From Octopus sinensis (taxonomy: Eukaryota), in NCBI RefSeq assembly GCF_006345805.1, contig NC_043009.1:41602001-41666000 (forward strand): a stretch of 64,000 nucleotides of DNA, read 5' to 3'. Positions within the stretch are counted from its first letter, which is position 1, and every line of letters starts with the position of its first letter. Positions 24,913-38,380 of the stretch are shown here, one piece after another. A program made the position numbers and the translations under genes. Under the pieces are notes generated by a model. The model was not told the origin of the DNA, searched no databases, and was given only the letters and a program-made list of their open reading frames with translations.

Positions 24913-25321
24913 TCTCTCTTTTACTCTTTTACTTGTTTCAGTCATTTGACTGCGGCCATGCTGGAGCACCGCCTTTAGTCGAGCAAATCGACCCCGGGAC
25001 TTATTCTTTGTAAGCCCAGTACTTATTCTATCGGTCTCTTTTGCCGAACCGCTAAGTGACGGGGACGTAAACACACCAGCATCGGTTGTCAAGCAATGCT
25101 AGGGGTACAAACAGACACATAAACACACACACACATACATATATATATACATATATACGACAGGCTTCTTTCAGTTTCCGTCTACCAAATCTACTCACAA
25201 GGCATTGGTCGGCCCGGGGCTATAGCAGAAGACACTTGCCCAAGATGCCACGCAGTGGGACTGAACCCGGAACCATGTGGTTGGTAAACAAGCTACTTAC
25301 CACACAGCCACTCCTGCGCCT
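24913..25321 (-). mobile_element. Full-length SINE family A
   Basis: Minus strand AGGCGCAGGAGTGGCTGTGTGGTAAGTAGCTTG..GGTTCCGGGTTCAGTCCC (tRNA head), internal microsatellite, tail (GAGTAAAA)n. Confidence 0.95.
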
Positions 25322-26139
25322 ATCAAAAGCAAATTTTGAAAGAAATATTAGCCATTTTTCATACCTTCTAAGAGTAAGCAAATAGGAAATAACAGTTGCT
25401 ACCCAAGGACAAAAATCATTTTATACCGTGTAATTACATGACATTATAATTTGGATGTTGGCAATGAACTGATCTCGCGATAAATTGCTTTGACGACGAA
25501 TTAACGGCTGCCGATTTTCACTAGCGCTCTTATTTCATCGGTCTTGACCCTACAGTGGTAAAAATTGAAATGGAACTAGTTTGGATTTGATCGCAATACG
25601 TTAAGGAGTGAAAGTTAATATTGAAATGCTTTTAATTCGGATTTCTAAAACTTCGATCAACACTGCATTGCTGTATCAGCGAAACTATAATAACTGTGAC
25701 TTTTTATAATTGTTTTTTGGAAAAAAAAATCTATGGATATTCAAATTTTACTTTCAAAATACAATGATAGAAAATAATAGTAAAACACAATCGATAATTC
25801 GATGAGAGTTGAAAGTTAATTGAAGAAATCAAGTATTCGTATCAGGATGAAATGTGCGGTCCTCCCTTGAATTAATTGATAAAAAAGTAGAATTGTATAA
25901 ACGTAAAAAAAATAAGCAAACGAGAGAGAGAGAGAGAGAGAGAGATGGTGACTAACAGAATGGGAATACTGCTCAAAACACCGGTACGTATAAATGACGG
26001 GACAAAATCACATATATAATAGAACATTGGAAAAAAAGAAAAAAACAGCCAACATACACACGATGAATAATTATGCATAGAGAGATGAGATACTTCATAT
26101 AGTTTAGCTTTACACAGATCCAGCCTCTCACACAAATAA

Positions 26140-26424
26140 AGATTATATATATATATATATACATACATAATATATATACATGTATGTATGTGTATATATA
26201 TGTATATATGTATGTACATGTATTTATATATATTTATATGTATATATATATGTAAATATATATATGTATATATGTATATGTATATATATGTATATATGTA
26301 TATATACGTATGTATATGTATGTATGTATATATATACGTATATATATCTGTACATATATATATATATGTATGTATATATATATATATCTATATATATATA
26401 TATATGTATATATATGTATGTATA

Positions 26425-26475
<51 letters not shown>

Positions 26476-26577
26476 ATATATATACGTATATATGTATATA
26501 TATGTATATATATGTATGTATGTGTATATATATGTATATATGTATGTGTATATATATGTATATATGTATGTGTATAT

Positions 26578-26620
<43 letters not shown>

Positions 26621-26893
26621 GTATATATATGTATATGTATATATATGTATATATGTATATATACGTATGTATATGTATGTATGTATATATATACGTATAT
26701 ATGTATATATATGTATGTATATATATACGTATATATATATGTATATGTATACATGTATGTATATATATATATATTATATATATATATATATATATATGTG
26801 TCTGTGTATAAATTTCTATTACATATAATAGAATTGATAGATATGTTTATACATGTGTATATATATGTGTGTATATACATACATATGTATACA

Positions 26894-26925
<32 letters not shown>

Positions 26926-27130
26926 CATCTATGTATATATATATATGCATATATATAAAATCACAATCACACAAGTATATAAATATATACACATATACAT
27001 ATTATGTGCATACATATATAAATATAAACGTATACATATTCACTTATATACATATATATATATATATATATAATATATATATATATATATGTATATCGTA
27101 CATACAACATATGCATATACGTACACATAT
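26140..27130. repeat. ~1-kb TA/TATG compound microsatellite with internal higher-order duplication
   Basis: Directly visible; ~70-bp block at ~26272-26345 repeated at ~26630-26703. Confidence 0.95.
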
Positions 27131-28146
27131 ATTTCTGAATGCTATCAAAGATGTCTGTCCTAGATTAAAAAATACCTGCATTGAACGTCTGTCTCATCAT
27201 AATTTTACACTTTAATTGTGTATGATATACAGTGACAGAGGTAAGCCATCTTTTGATCTAGCGGATAGATATAGAACAGAAGGAAAAGAAAGAAGAAGAA
27301 TAAGAAAAGAGTGAGAGAAGAACAACATAGTGCAATCATTTAATTGCAAATGAAATAGTCTGGGATTTTTTTTTTTAAACAAAGCCACATCAAAAGTTGA
27401 AAACATTAAAAACTACACAAACATACACACACAAAAACACAAACACACGTACACGTACAGCGTAGTAACGGTGTTCTTTTTACCAGTCGTTTCTGTAATG
27501 GCTGTTTGCAATGTAATGGTTTTATACAAGCTTGTTAGAAATAGTGTGTTCGTATCTTAAAATGTTTGAAAACAAGAAAGGATAATGAATTAAAATAAAC
27601 AAAACCAAAAAAAAAAAAAAAAATGAAATAGAAATAATAAAAAAATAAACAGAATAAAATTAAAATGTAATAAAAATAAAAACGACAATAACAAGAAAAC
27701 GAGAGAAACTGCTACAGAAAGTCGTTAGACACCTGTTTTTATTGATCCAACTTTTCAAAATGATTTGCACCATTTCCATTACAATTGGTCACCATTAAAC
27801 AGAAATGTACGTGACTGAAAATCGTGGCTTGCTCTATCTATTTCAGAATTGGAAAAAATTGGTAAATACCAAAAAAATAAAAAAATAAATAAATAAAAAA
27901 ATTAAAAAAACAAAGCAACAACAATAAAAACAAGAAATTTAAAAAAATAAATAACAGCAGAATAAAATATACAAAATAAAATTATAATAAAAAGAAAGTT
28001 AAAAAGTTGCTGCTTCGATGAGTAGCTTAGTCTGTCGATGTATGAAGAAGAGGTAGAGTGGAAATTGAAAGTCTTCAGACTATGTGTGGCAATATATATA
28101 TACATATACATACATACATACATATACATATATATATATATATATT

Positions 28147-28194
<48 letters not shown>

Positions 28195-28284
28195 GCGCTG
28201 TATCGCAGTATCGACTACACTCTCGGATGTTACACGTCACTGGTCACAGTGAATTTCATCACATTGTTATAGCTTCCAAATGAT

Positions 28285-28470
28285 GCCACCCCCCACTGGT
28301 CATGTGGGCAGACCAATATACCCCACTGAAATGAACGCTAGTCCGTCATAGGGTTACTCCTTTACATGTGAGTGGACTGGAGCAGTGTGAAATGAAGTGT
28401 TTTGTGCCAAAACAGAGCACGCCTGGGAATCGAAACCACAATCTTGCGTGCAGTACACAAAACACTAGAA
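28285..28470 (-). mobile_element. Degenerate SINE family D
   Basis: GTGGACTGGAGCAGTGTGAAATGAAGTGTTTTG..GGGAATCGAAACCAC, related to 63320-63508. Confidence 0.65.
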
Positions 28471-28504
28471 CAAGCCCCTTCACCCAACGATATATATATA
28501 CGTT

Positions 28505-28692
28505 CTTTTATTGTTATTCTTCTATTTGTTTCAGTCATTTTCACTGCGGCCATGCTGGAGCACCACCTTTAGTCGAACAAATCGACCCCAGGACTTATTT
28601 TTTTGTAAGCCTAGCACTTATTCTATCGGTCTCCTTTGCCGAACTGCTAAGTTAAGGGGACGTAAACAAGCCAACAACGGTTGTCAAGCGAT
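28505..28692 (-). mobile_element. 3' half of SINE family A
   Basis: GTTTCAGTCATTTTCACTGCGGCCATGCTGGAGCACCACCTTTAGTCGAAC...AACGGTTGTCAAGCGATG. Confidence 0.88.
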
Positions 28693-29034
28693 GTGATGTG
28701 GAGGAGAGGACAAATTCTCTCTCTCTCTTCTCTCACACACACACATATATATATATACTTTTATGTATATATATAGCTCTTATGTATTAGCTTTGCAAGA
28801 TTCTTGATGAGAAATCGTGTGTTCAAACAGATATTGTTATACTTGGGGACTGTCATATTTTGCCAATTAAACACACGCACTATATATTTGGTCTTCACTT
28901 CAGCTTTATTGTTATTATATTGCCTTTGTCTAAACGCTTTCGTCAGACATCCCACGTGTCTCGTCTTGTTCTACTTATTTCAATTTTGAGTGAGAGCTTA
29001 GATAAAGACACTAAAACAATTACGATTATAATAA

Positions 29035-29433
29035 TCTTTTCTACTCTAGGTGCAAGGGCCGAAACTTTGGGGGAGGGGAGCCAGTCGATAAGATCGACCC
29101 AGTACGCAACAGGTATTTAATTTATCGACCCCCCTAAAGGATGAAAGGCAAAGTTGACATCGGCGGAATTTGAACGCAGAATGTAAAGATAGGCGAAATA
29201 CCTATTTCTTTACTACCCACAAGGTGCTAAACACAGAGAAGACAAACAAGGACAGACAAACGGATTAAGTCGATTACATAGACCCCAGTGCGTAACTGGT
29301 ACTTAATTTATCGACCCCGAAATGATGAAAGGCAAAGTCGACCTCGTCGGAATTTGAACTCAGAACGTAACGCCAGACGAACAACTGATAAGCATTTCGC
29401 CCGGTGTGCTAACGATTCTGCCAGCTCGCCGCC
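29035..29433 (-). mobile_element. Dimeric SINE family B
   Basis: Tail TTTTCTACTCTAGGTGCAAGGGCCGAAA, two cores, head GATTCTGCCAGCTCGCCGCC. Confidence 0.9.
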
Positions 29434-30914
29434 AAAATTATAATAATAATCTATATAAAATGACAACTAAGTATATAATGCATGTATATAATTGACATCA
29501 TATGATCATTTTCTAGTATATGTGTGTATATGTATATATGATAGCTGAAAACTCGTGATCCAATATTACCATCGCCCGATCCAAAGTTCCTCACATGCGA
29601 AGGATGCGACCAGCCATTTTTGTGATAAGTCTTATTTTTTTTCCAAGCGATACCTGTGCATGATTTGTTATAATGGGGAAAGTATTTACACAAATCCAAT
29701 CCCATTTTCTGAACATGGACAACATAAACTCGAAAAGAAGAACTAGTCTACATAATCGAATATTGGTAGTGTTGCAGGTTTTCTCATCTCCTAGAGAGAT
29801 GCTGTGATCATAATAGAGGAGACTCCCACTCCTAGTGGGCCAACCGCACACCTGGACACCAACGCAGGTATTTCCACGTCCCGCGCATACATACATGCAT
29901 ATATACACATGTACACATATTGCTAGATGGTCGTTGACTACTCATGAGCACTTCTGGCCTTCGACGGGTCGTATTTTTCGTACTGCAGGGTGTCTTACAA
30001 TCACCCTTCTTCACCAAGTAAGCTTGATGGGTTTTCAGTTTCCCGTTCAGTTTCCGAGGACCCGATCATGGAACAGGTTTTAGTGGGTTAGATGTTACCT
30101 GTAACGCCCAAAAGTGACCTGACATAACACACACACACACACACACACGCGCGCGCGCGTTTATCAATTTGCAAGATTATATTCACATATACACATGCAT
30201 ACACACACGCAGATGAATATTTGTTACTTGTACACACATATGCACATATACACATATATCTCATTCATATTTCTGTCGTCATTCAAATGAAATGGACAGC
30301 TTTTAACATTAAATGTGTGATTCGTACTGTGATGTATCCAGAAGTTCGTTGTATCTCGGTAGGATCATTTTACCAATAATAAACATATGCTTTGATTCAA
30401 TTTCACTTCTTTATTATTCGTCAATTGTTTAACTATCTAACGAAGTAATTGGTTGTTTGATTAATCATTCAGTTAATCAATCAATCAATCAATCCATCAA
30501 TCAGTCAATCAATCAATCAATCAGAGGACTTTGATGAACAGAAATAATTGAATGATTAGCTGGATGATTGATCAACAATCGATTAATTCGTTAAATAGTT
30601 AGAGAATAATAAAGAAATTAAATTAAACCAGTGCATGTGTTTATTCTTGACATAATGACCCTTCCGAACTACAAAAAAGTCAGTTTTAACACACGAGTTG
30701 ACATCAAAAGTCTTGCAAACTAAATACATAAATGAAATATTCAGAACATCAATATATGGTATTCGATAGCTCGTATCTGCAATTATGTATAGAGTTAATG
30801 AAGTCCCTAAATTCCTCTCGAAGTTTTCTTTCAGCATCCATTTGTCTAATGGGTAGATCCTCAAAGAATTATTATTGCTGGGTATGTGACAAATTTGGCA
30901 GCTAAATCATCTGA

Positions 30915-30949
<35 letters not shown>

Positions 30950-31304
30950 ACATATATGTTACACAGTCTCTCACCTCTTGCCGGTATAGCTTCCTTTTGC
31001 GGAAAGAGACGTTAAGCCAATGAATATTATTTATTAATAGATTAATGGATTAGTGATAAAAAGGCCGTTACGATGTCCCTATTTTTCTCGTGACTACATG
31101 AATCACTAAAATAATTAGCGAAATCATGGTAATTATCATTAAGCCATATTCGCTCGCGAGTAACGACTGTCTGTACTCTATTGATAGAGTGTATCTCGTA
31201 CACGAATGGTTATGATAGTTAAAGCTGAAATAAACCCTTTGTTTTAATGAATTACATTCATACAAACAATGTTTTTATTTATCTTTTGCCATTTTTTTCC
31301 TGTC

Positions 31305-31679
31305 TGTTACTTGTTTCAGTCTTTGAATTCCGGTCATGCTTGAGCACCATCTTGAAGGGCCTAAGTCAAACGAATCGACCCCAGTACATTTTATCTTAAT
31401 TCTTGTACTTATTCTATCATTCTCATAGACCGAAACACTAAATAACGGGGACGTAAACAAACCAACACCGGCTGAGAAGCTTTTAGAGGGCACAAACACA
31501 AGAATACACACACACTCACACACACACACACACGACGGACCACGCAGTTTCCGTTCACAAGGCATTGGTCGGCTCAGGATTATAGTAGAAGGTACTCGCC
31601 CAGTGTGCCGCGCAGTGGGACTGAACCCGGATCCAAGTGGTTGCAAAGCGAGCTTCTTATCCACACTCCCATGCCTCCT
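31305..31679 (-). mobile_element. SINE family A (diverged)
   Basis: GCAGTGGGACTGAACCCGG head region, CAAGGCATTGGTCGGC, GGGGACGTAAACAAACCAACACCGG. Confidence 0.85.
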
Positions 31680-34065
31680 ATTAATAACTTATTTTAATTC
31701 ACAGTGAGACACAATAAATTCTTAATGAATGTTAATTTACTAATGATTTGACTAATGATTTAACTACCTTTTTTTGTTATATTTTCAGTGAAAGTATATT
31801 TGAATAGTCCAATCATTTCGAAGAAATATCTAAATGAACGAAAAGTAGTTTCAATCCTAAGTTTCATCAGATTTTGTACGATCTTCTGAAGAAAACAACA
31901 AATTTTTTGTGTGATAAAAATGGGTGTATTTTGTCATGCAGTTAAGATAAACGAATTAGTCGTTTCACGCCTTAACTGTAATGTTGCCACCTACATTCAA
32001 GCGATGAAACGTCTCAACCAATGAGAAGAGATACGGTAACATTTTCACTTACCTCTCTCGTATAATGGACGGTATGTGTTTGTACTTCAGGCTGAAATCT
32101 ACCATCGGTGTGATGGTAATGGTATAGGCGAATATCGACATTGATATCTCTTGGCCACTTATCAAAAAAGTCCACACAGGCTGACAGGCGGATGTAGCAG
32201 AAGATAATGTATCTTAGTCTCTATCATAAAGAAACATTATAAATATTATGTATTTAGAAAGGATAGTTTCGTCATCAAATGTGACAAATATTATTAACGA
32301 TTCGGCATGAGAAGACAGGGCAGTATTTCGTGCCATAATGTAAGGTCATGATTACCTCAATTAATTGTCTGATATACTAGTTATTCTTTTTGAAACAATC
32401 GCAAGCATTAAATTTTCAAACAAGCAACTGGTATCAAAAAGTAGACAGGCAAGAAACGGTGGAGGTGGTGATGGTGGTGGCGGGAAGAAATAAAAGGGAA
32501 AGGAGGAAAAAATAAAAGAAAAACCCCAGAAAGAAGGAAAGAAAATTTATAACGGAAACTAGTCAAGTTTTCATCCAATATGACAGACATATAGAAGAGG
32601 AATAAGAAAAAATGGGGTAGGTTGTTAAACAAAGAAGGAAGGAAAATAAAGCAAGCTGCACTTCTTAATGTTATTTCATAAATTATTTTAATGTCTGAGA
32701 ATGCACATCTGGAAGTTATAATTCAAAATTCAACTTTTTTTCTGTTGACTGATATGCTTTCAATGTCTGGCATTGTATATACGCCAATAAAAGACAAAAA
32801 TGAAGACACTGTTACAAGTCTGTACGTCTGAAGTTTGTGGGAAATAGGGTCTGATACGATGTAAGGAGGTGCAAGAATTAACCCCCAACGTATATACACA
32901 TCCAACACAGGCTTTCATTCTTCTGAGTCAATCTTACTAACCAGGTTCAAGGTTGAACAGGAAATTAGGGTCAAGGTTGAACAGGAAATAAACTGAATAA
33001 GCAGACATCAGTAAGCTATTATCTCTAATATTCAGAACTAGCAGGTTCAAGACCCGTCTACGTTAGTATTTTCCTGGTCTGTGATTATTTTGATATTGAA
33101 TCTGACCCGAAGACATTAAAGTTTTCTTAAATGAATTCCAAGAATATAAACATGAATATAATGGAATATTAAACAACTATATTATAATTTTACTACCACG
33201 AGATGTTTTGGTTAATTATCCAATCTTTCCCAAGTTATATACATACATTTTCACACGCACACACACACACACATATACACACACACGCGTATGCGCATTC
33301 GGAAATAAATGGTATAAGCACAGACGGTATGTAATCACATTCATTGGCCTGCAGCTATTTCCGCAGTAAGAAATTGTGCACCCAGAGGTAACAGTGTGCC
33401 AGCCTCAAGCGAGCCTTAACACATGCATACATACGCACACGCGCGCGCTAATTTATAAATAAATGAATAAACATTCAAGATTTTGGGATGGAAAATTACT
33501 CGTGAATAAAGAAACAAGTGTAGACATGAAATAAATATTTCATTAGCTGGCAGTCGGGAATTTAACATTATGACAGGACCAGGTTGAAGAAGCATGAGTG
33601 CTGCTATGCTGATTAGCCTAAATTAGATGATTCTAAGGAAAAACGACCGTTTTCTTTCTTGGTATAGATCTTAATCAAATTAACAGTGATTCGCATCTCT
33701 GTCAACCTCCGTCTTGTAGAAAGGAGAAGCCGAACTCAGTAATTTTCTCTAACGAAATACTCCACGGTTTCTGCCCTTTAATATCTATTTATACCTAGGT
33801 GAACATTGCTAGGGGAGAGCTAAATGTTTTAAGTATGGACGTCACATAGTGTTGGTCACAAAATACGACTGCTGAACTCTCGGCTAAGTATTCCACGTCT
33901 TTCACTGTGGGGTATCTGCTATTCTGGTAATACTGTATGTAAAATTGTGACATTGTAGAGAAGAAATTGATGGCAAGTTGTCATTCCAAAGATGTGCATC
34001 ATTGTATGACATATGTATGTGTGTACGTGTGCCTGTGCTTGATATGTATGCATTTGTGTGTGTGA

Positions 34066-34106
<41 letters not shown>

Positions 34107-34218
34107 CGGTTAAGTAATTGAGATTCTAGTGAATTCTAAAGAATTCACATGAATATGGTCCTTAACTAGGATGCACCGGATATCTATATGGTGTTAACCA
34201 TACGACAAGTGGGGTGAT

Positions 34219-35111
34219 TATAAATAGGAAAAAAGCAACAAGAATGGATTAAAATCTCGGTACGATCGTTTCGTACGAGGACATCTTTAATAAGCTACAA
34301 AAAATGCAGTGAATACAGATGGCTCGTACTCGTCAGCCGAAAAAATATCAGAGAATTCCCAAACATCAAAAGGGGTAGATACAAAAGAGGTTGTAAGATT
34401 AACTACATTGAAGAAAGTTCGATTCATGGAGATCCGATGAAAGGTTTTAAACCTATAGAATTTATGCATGTCTACATATAGCTCATATTGAATATTTGAT
34501 CAAGTTGTATGAAGAAATTCTCGGATACAGTCATGCAAAATTTCTGAAAATCCGAGTAAGAGGCAAAGTGACTGCCACATCATGTAGAGGAAAGTCTGAG
34601 TAAAAACATAGTGACTGTCATATCGTGTAGAGGAACAGATTGTTATTGAAAATAACAATTATTTTCAATAACAATTATTTTCAATAACAATCTGTTCCTC
34701 TACACGATATGACAGTCACTATGTTTTTACTCAGACTTTCCTCTACATGATGTGGCAGTCACTTTGCCTCTTACTCGGATTTTCAGAAATTTTGCATGAC
34801 TGTATCCGAGAATTTCTTCATACAACTTGATCAAATATTCAATATGAGCTATATGTAGACATGCATAAATTCTATAGGTTTAAAACCTTTCATCGGATCT
34901 CCATGAATCGAACTTTCTTCAATGTAGTTAATCTTACAACCTCTTTTGTATCTACCCCTTTTGATGTTTGGGAATTCTCTGATATTTTTTCGGCTGACGA
35001 GTACGAGCCATCTGTATTCACTGCATTTTTTGTAGCTTATTAAAGATGTCCTCGTACGAAACGATCGTACCGAGATTTTAATCCATTCTTGTTGCTTTTT
35101 TCCTATTTATA
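34219..35111. repeat. Perfect 893-bp palindrome: two 437-bp inverted arms around a 19-bp spacer
   Basis: Positions pair with constant sum 69330; arms 34219-34655 and 34675-35111. The ORF track shows identical 60-aa ORFs at 34287-34469(-) and 34861-35043(+). Confidence 0.97.
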
Positions 35112-35233
35112 TATATATATATATATATGCTCTCTCTCTCTCTTATGCAAAAGTGTCGTAAGTCCAAAACGTTGCTTTTTCAGAAAACGAAAATATAGTT
35201 TCACTATTCCATAACAAAACCATTGTACTACAC

Positions 35234-35505
35234 CAGTGGTTCCCAAAGTGGGCGGTATTGTCCCAGCCTGGGGTGGTGAAAAATGCCAAGGAGTATTCAA
35301 GAAAAGTGAGGTGTTAATGGAGTAGCGATTCATGTAAAAATAATAAAATAATGGATTCATTTGGTTAAGTTTTATTTGTGTAACGCAGTTGCTTTGAATT
35401 TGCTTCAGAAAGAGGTATGTTTGTGATGGTTAGTTGGGGTGGGAGCACTAGGAATGTGGCCTGGGTGTCAAGGGGGCGGCTGCCCGAAAAGTTAGGGAAC
35501 TACGG
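35234..35505. mobile_element. hAT (Charlie-type) MITE with 8-bp TSD
   Basis: TACTACAC|CAGTGGTTCCCAAAGT ... AAAGTTAGGGAACTACGG|TCCTACAC (7/8 TSD match). Confidence 0.82.
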
Positions 35506-35679
35506 TCCTACACTTTGACAATTTTTAATATCTTGGCATCTGAAGCAGCTGGAGATACGATAGTCTGAGCAAGGAATCAGCGATTGCAAGTGAAAATAGA
35601 TATTGGAAAATAATGCATTTGGCTAAATTTGGACATACGACAGTTTAACATAATAACAACGATATGTATATGTGTGTAT

Positions 35680-35720
<41 letters not shown>

Positions 35721-35744
35721 TGAAGGTACATGCCCCAGTGATTA

Positions 35745-36062
35745 AACCGACGGGCTTGCAGTTATGAGGTTAGGAGTTAGAACCCCGGACCGGGATGTGT
35801 GTTGTATTTTTGAATTAAACACTTTATTTCACGTTGCTCCAGTTCACTCAGGTGTAGAAATGAGTTGCGACATCACTGGTGCCAAGCTGTATTGGCCTTT
35901 GCCTTTCTCTTGGACAACATCGGTGGCGTGGAGAGGGGAGGCTGGTATGCATGGGCGACTGATGGTCTTCCACAAACAACCTTGCCTAGAATTGTGCCTC
36001 GGAGAGGAAATTTCTAGGTGCAATTCCACTGTCATTCGTGACCGAATGGGGTTTTTACCCTT
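35745..36062 (+). mobile_element. SINE family D
   Basis: ACACTTTATTTCACGTTGCTCCAGTTCACTCAGGTGTAGAAATGAGTTGCGACATCACTGGTGCCAAGCTGTATTGGCCTTTGCC shared (inverted) with 63320-63410. Confidence 0.85.
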
Positions 36063-36074
36063 GACATATGTATA

Positions 36075-36111
<37 letters not shown>

Positions 36112-36349
36112 TAATGAAAGTTATGTCGAGGTATACATAAGAATAATTTAACATTAAACTGAAAGATTACTCAATAAAAGGGAAAAGTTGGCAGTGACTT
36201 CGAAGTTCATTAAGTATATGCGTATGAGTGTGTTTAACGGTATAAGCATTTTTAACCGACTAACAACTTTTAAACGCAGCTCAAGAGGCGAGTGTTTTGT
36301 GCATGACACTTGGCTATGTATGTGTGTATGCATGTGTGTGAGTATGTTG

Positions 36350-36394
<45 letters not shown>

Positions 36395-38380
36395 AATATA
36401 GCTATCTTTCGCTCTCTCTATATATATATCTATGTGCATGTGTGTGTGTGTGGTGTGTGTGTGTGTGTGATGTTTGTTTCATTGAATTCTGTCCAAGAAT
36501 GGTTAAATAGAAGACGTATTGTATAAAAGTACTATGGTGGCTGTGTCGATTATATACTGGGAAACAGATAGATACAAACAAGTAAATAAACCTTTTTTAA
36601 AACTTCCTACAGAAGTTGTTCGTATGTTTATCTGTAATCCCCGGAGAAGATTAAGTGAACTAATAGATTATTATGTTTGCGTTGTTAGGTGTCCCCCACC
36701 ACCGCCACCACCACCCACACTGAAGAATAAACCATAAAAAAAATCAACAAAAACCAAAAATACACAATCTGTTTCCCTTTTCATAATAATCCCCCAAATT
36801 GTATGAATAGAAGATTGTATGGCGGACACAGTGTTAAAAACGGAAGTGCGATGTACTTAATAATAAATATACTCAACTTCAAAAATTAGATTCCCATACT
36901 CCCATAATGGATAATAGAATTCACCGGTTTCAAATTACTGATTCTTGCTGGGCTTGGAGGTTTAGTTAAACCCAAATACAAGCGAAGATTATAAAGTTAC
37001 GCTCGATTATTTATAGCATAAAGCATATCTAGTTAAGTAATTTTTTATAACCTAATCTCTATTATTTTCTTTAGAAGATTTCCTGAATAATAATAAAAAA
37101 ACCGTCAGTTTTCAAAGTATTTCCTGTTCTTTACCATTTTTCTCATCACCAACGCCATCAACATCACCATCATCATCATCATCACCACCGCCATCATCAC
37201 TTTCATCTTTCTGTACAAATTTGTTTTGTCATTTTTTCCCCCCTTTTTTTTTTTTTGATTTATGCTTATTCTACCATGTTAAAACATTATTGATTTTGAT
37301 GAGGTCGCTTAGAACCCTGAGGGAAAAGTAAGCCTGGATGGATTTAATATGTTAAAAGAGCTGCATAGCTGACAAATGTGTGTGAATGAGAAACTGTGGA
37401 TATTGGAATAATAAGAAGTAGAGCTGTTTCATTCATAACCGGGAAACTTGAGATTTTCAATGGAAATATCCAACAAATTATGATTTTTCATAGCTTGACA
37501 AAAACCATTACCAACAAACACGAAGGCAATGAAAAGCAATGTGTGTACCCGACTTGTCGGGAAACTCTTTTTTATTTTTGATATTTCAATGAGTCTTACC
37601 TCTGTGGTGCTTCTCTCAAATCTGCTACATCAATTAATTTTCCTTCACTTTTACTTATTTTTTTTTACTCTTTTAATAGTTCCAGACAATTGGTTGTGGC
37701 CATGCTTCAGCATCGACATTCTTATATATATATATATATATGTATTAAAAATCTCGGCCTTTCAAAGTGAACAAAAAGAAAGAAAAGAAAGGAGAAAATG
37801 GAAATGCTGGTGTTGAAGTTTTATCCCGGAGGTATTAATTACGTTAATGAAGAGAAATTGTTTGAGTCAGAAATCAAGATTGGTAAACCTAGGTTAGGCT
37901 AAATTTATGGGATTTTACAGTATTCTACTACCTACATGAATATAAAGCCGGTAAAGGAGCCGATATGTGGATGTTTATCCTGCTAGAAATGGCAGCTAAA
38001 TCTCCTTCAAATTTCATCCTCTTACCTTAAAGTTGGATCTACCAGGTAAGTTGTGACCTTGGATTACACAACAACAACAGCAACAGAAACACCACCAACA
38101 AATAAAAGAAATATATAGAACAACAGCAAGAAAGGAATAAAAAGAGAATAACCACAGCAGAAACAGCTAAAGAAATAACAAAAACAATTGTAGCACAAAA
38201 ATAAAAAAAAGTAATTAAGACAACGAAAATAAATAAAATCAACAACATAACTAATCAACAACAAAACAATAACATCAAATACAAGAACAACAACAGAACA
38301 AGTACATCACCACCAGCAACACCAAATACAACGCAACAACCAAAACTACCACCACCATGAACAAGAGCAGCAACATCAGT

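Noticed and set aside
30749-30845. Possible minus-strand terminal exon QMDAERKLREEFRDFINSIHNCRYELSNTIY*
   Set aside because: Only about 31 codons, weak acceptor, no partner exons or recognisable family.
34287-35043. Two identical 60-aa ORFs (MHKFYRFK...)
   Set aside because: A consequence of the palindrome; no recognisable protein features.
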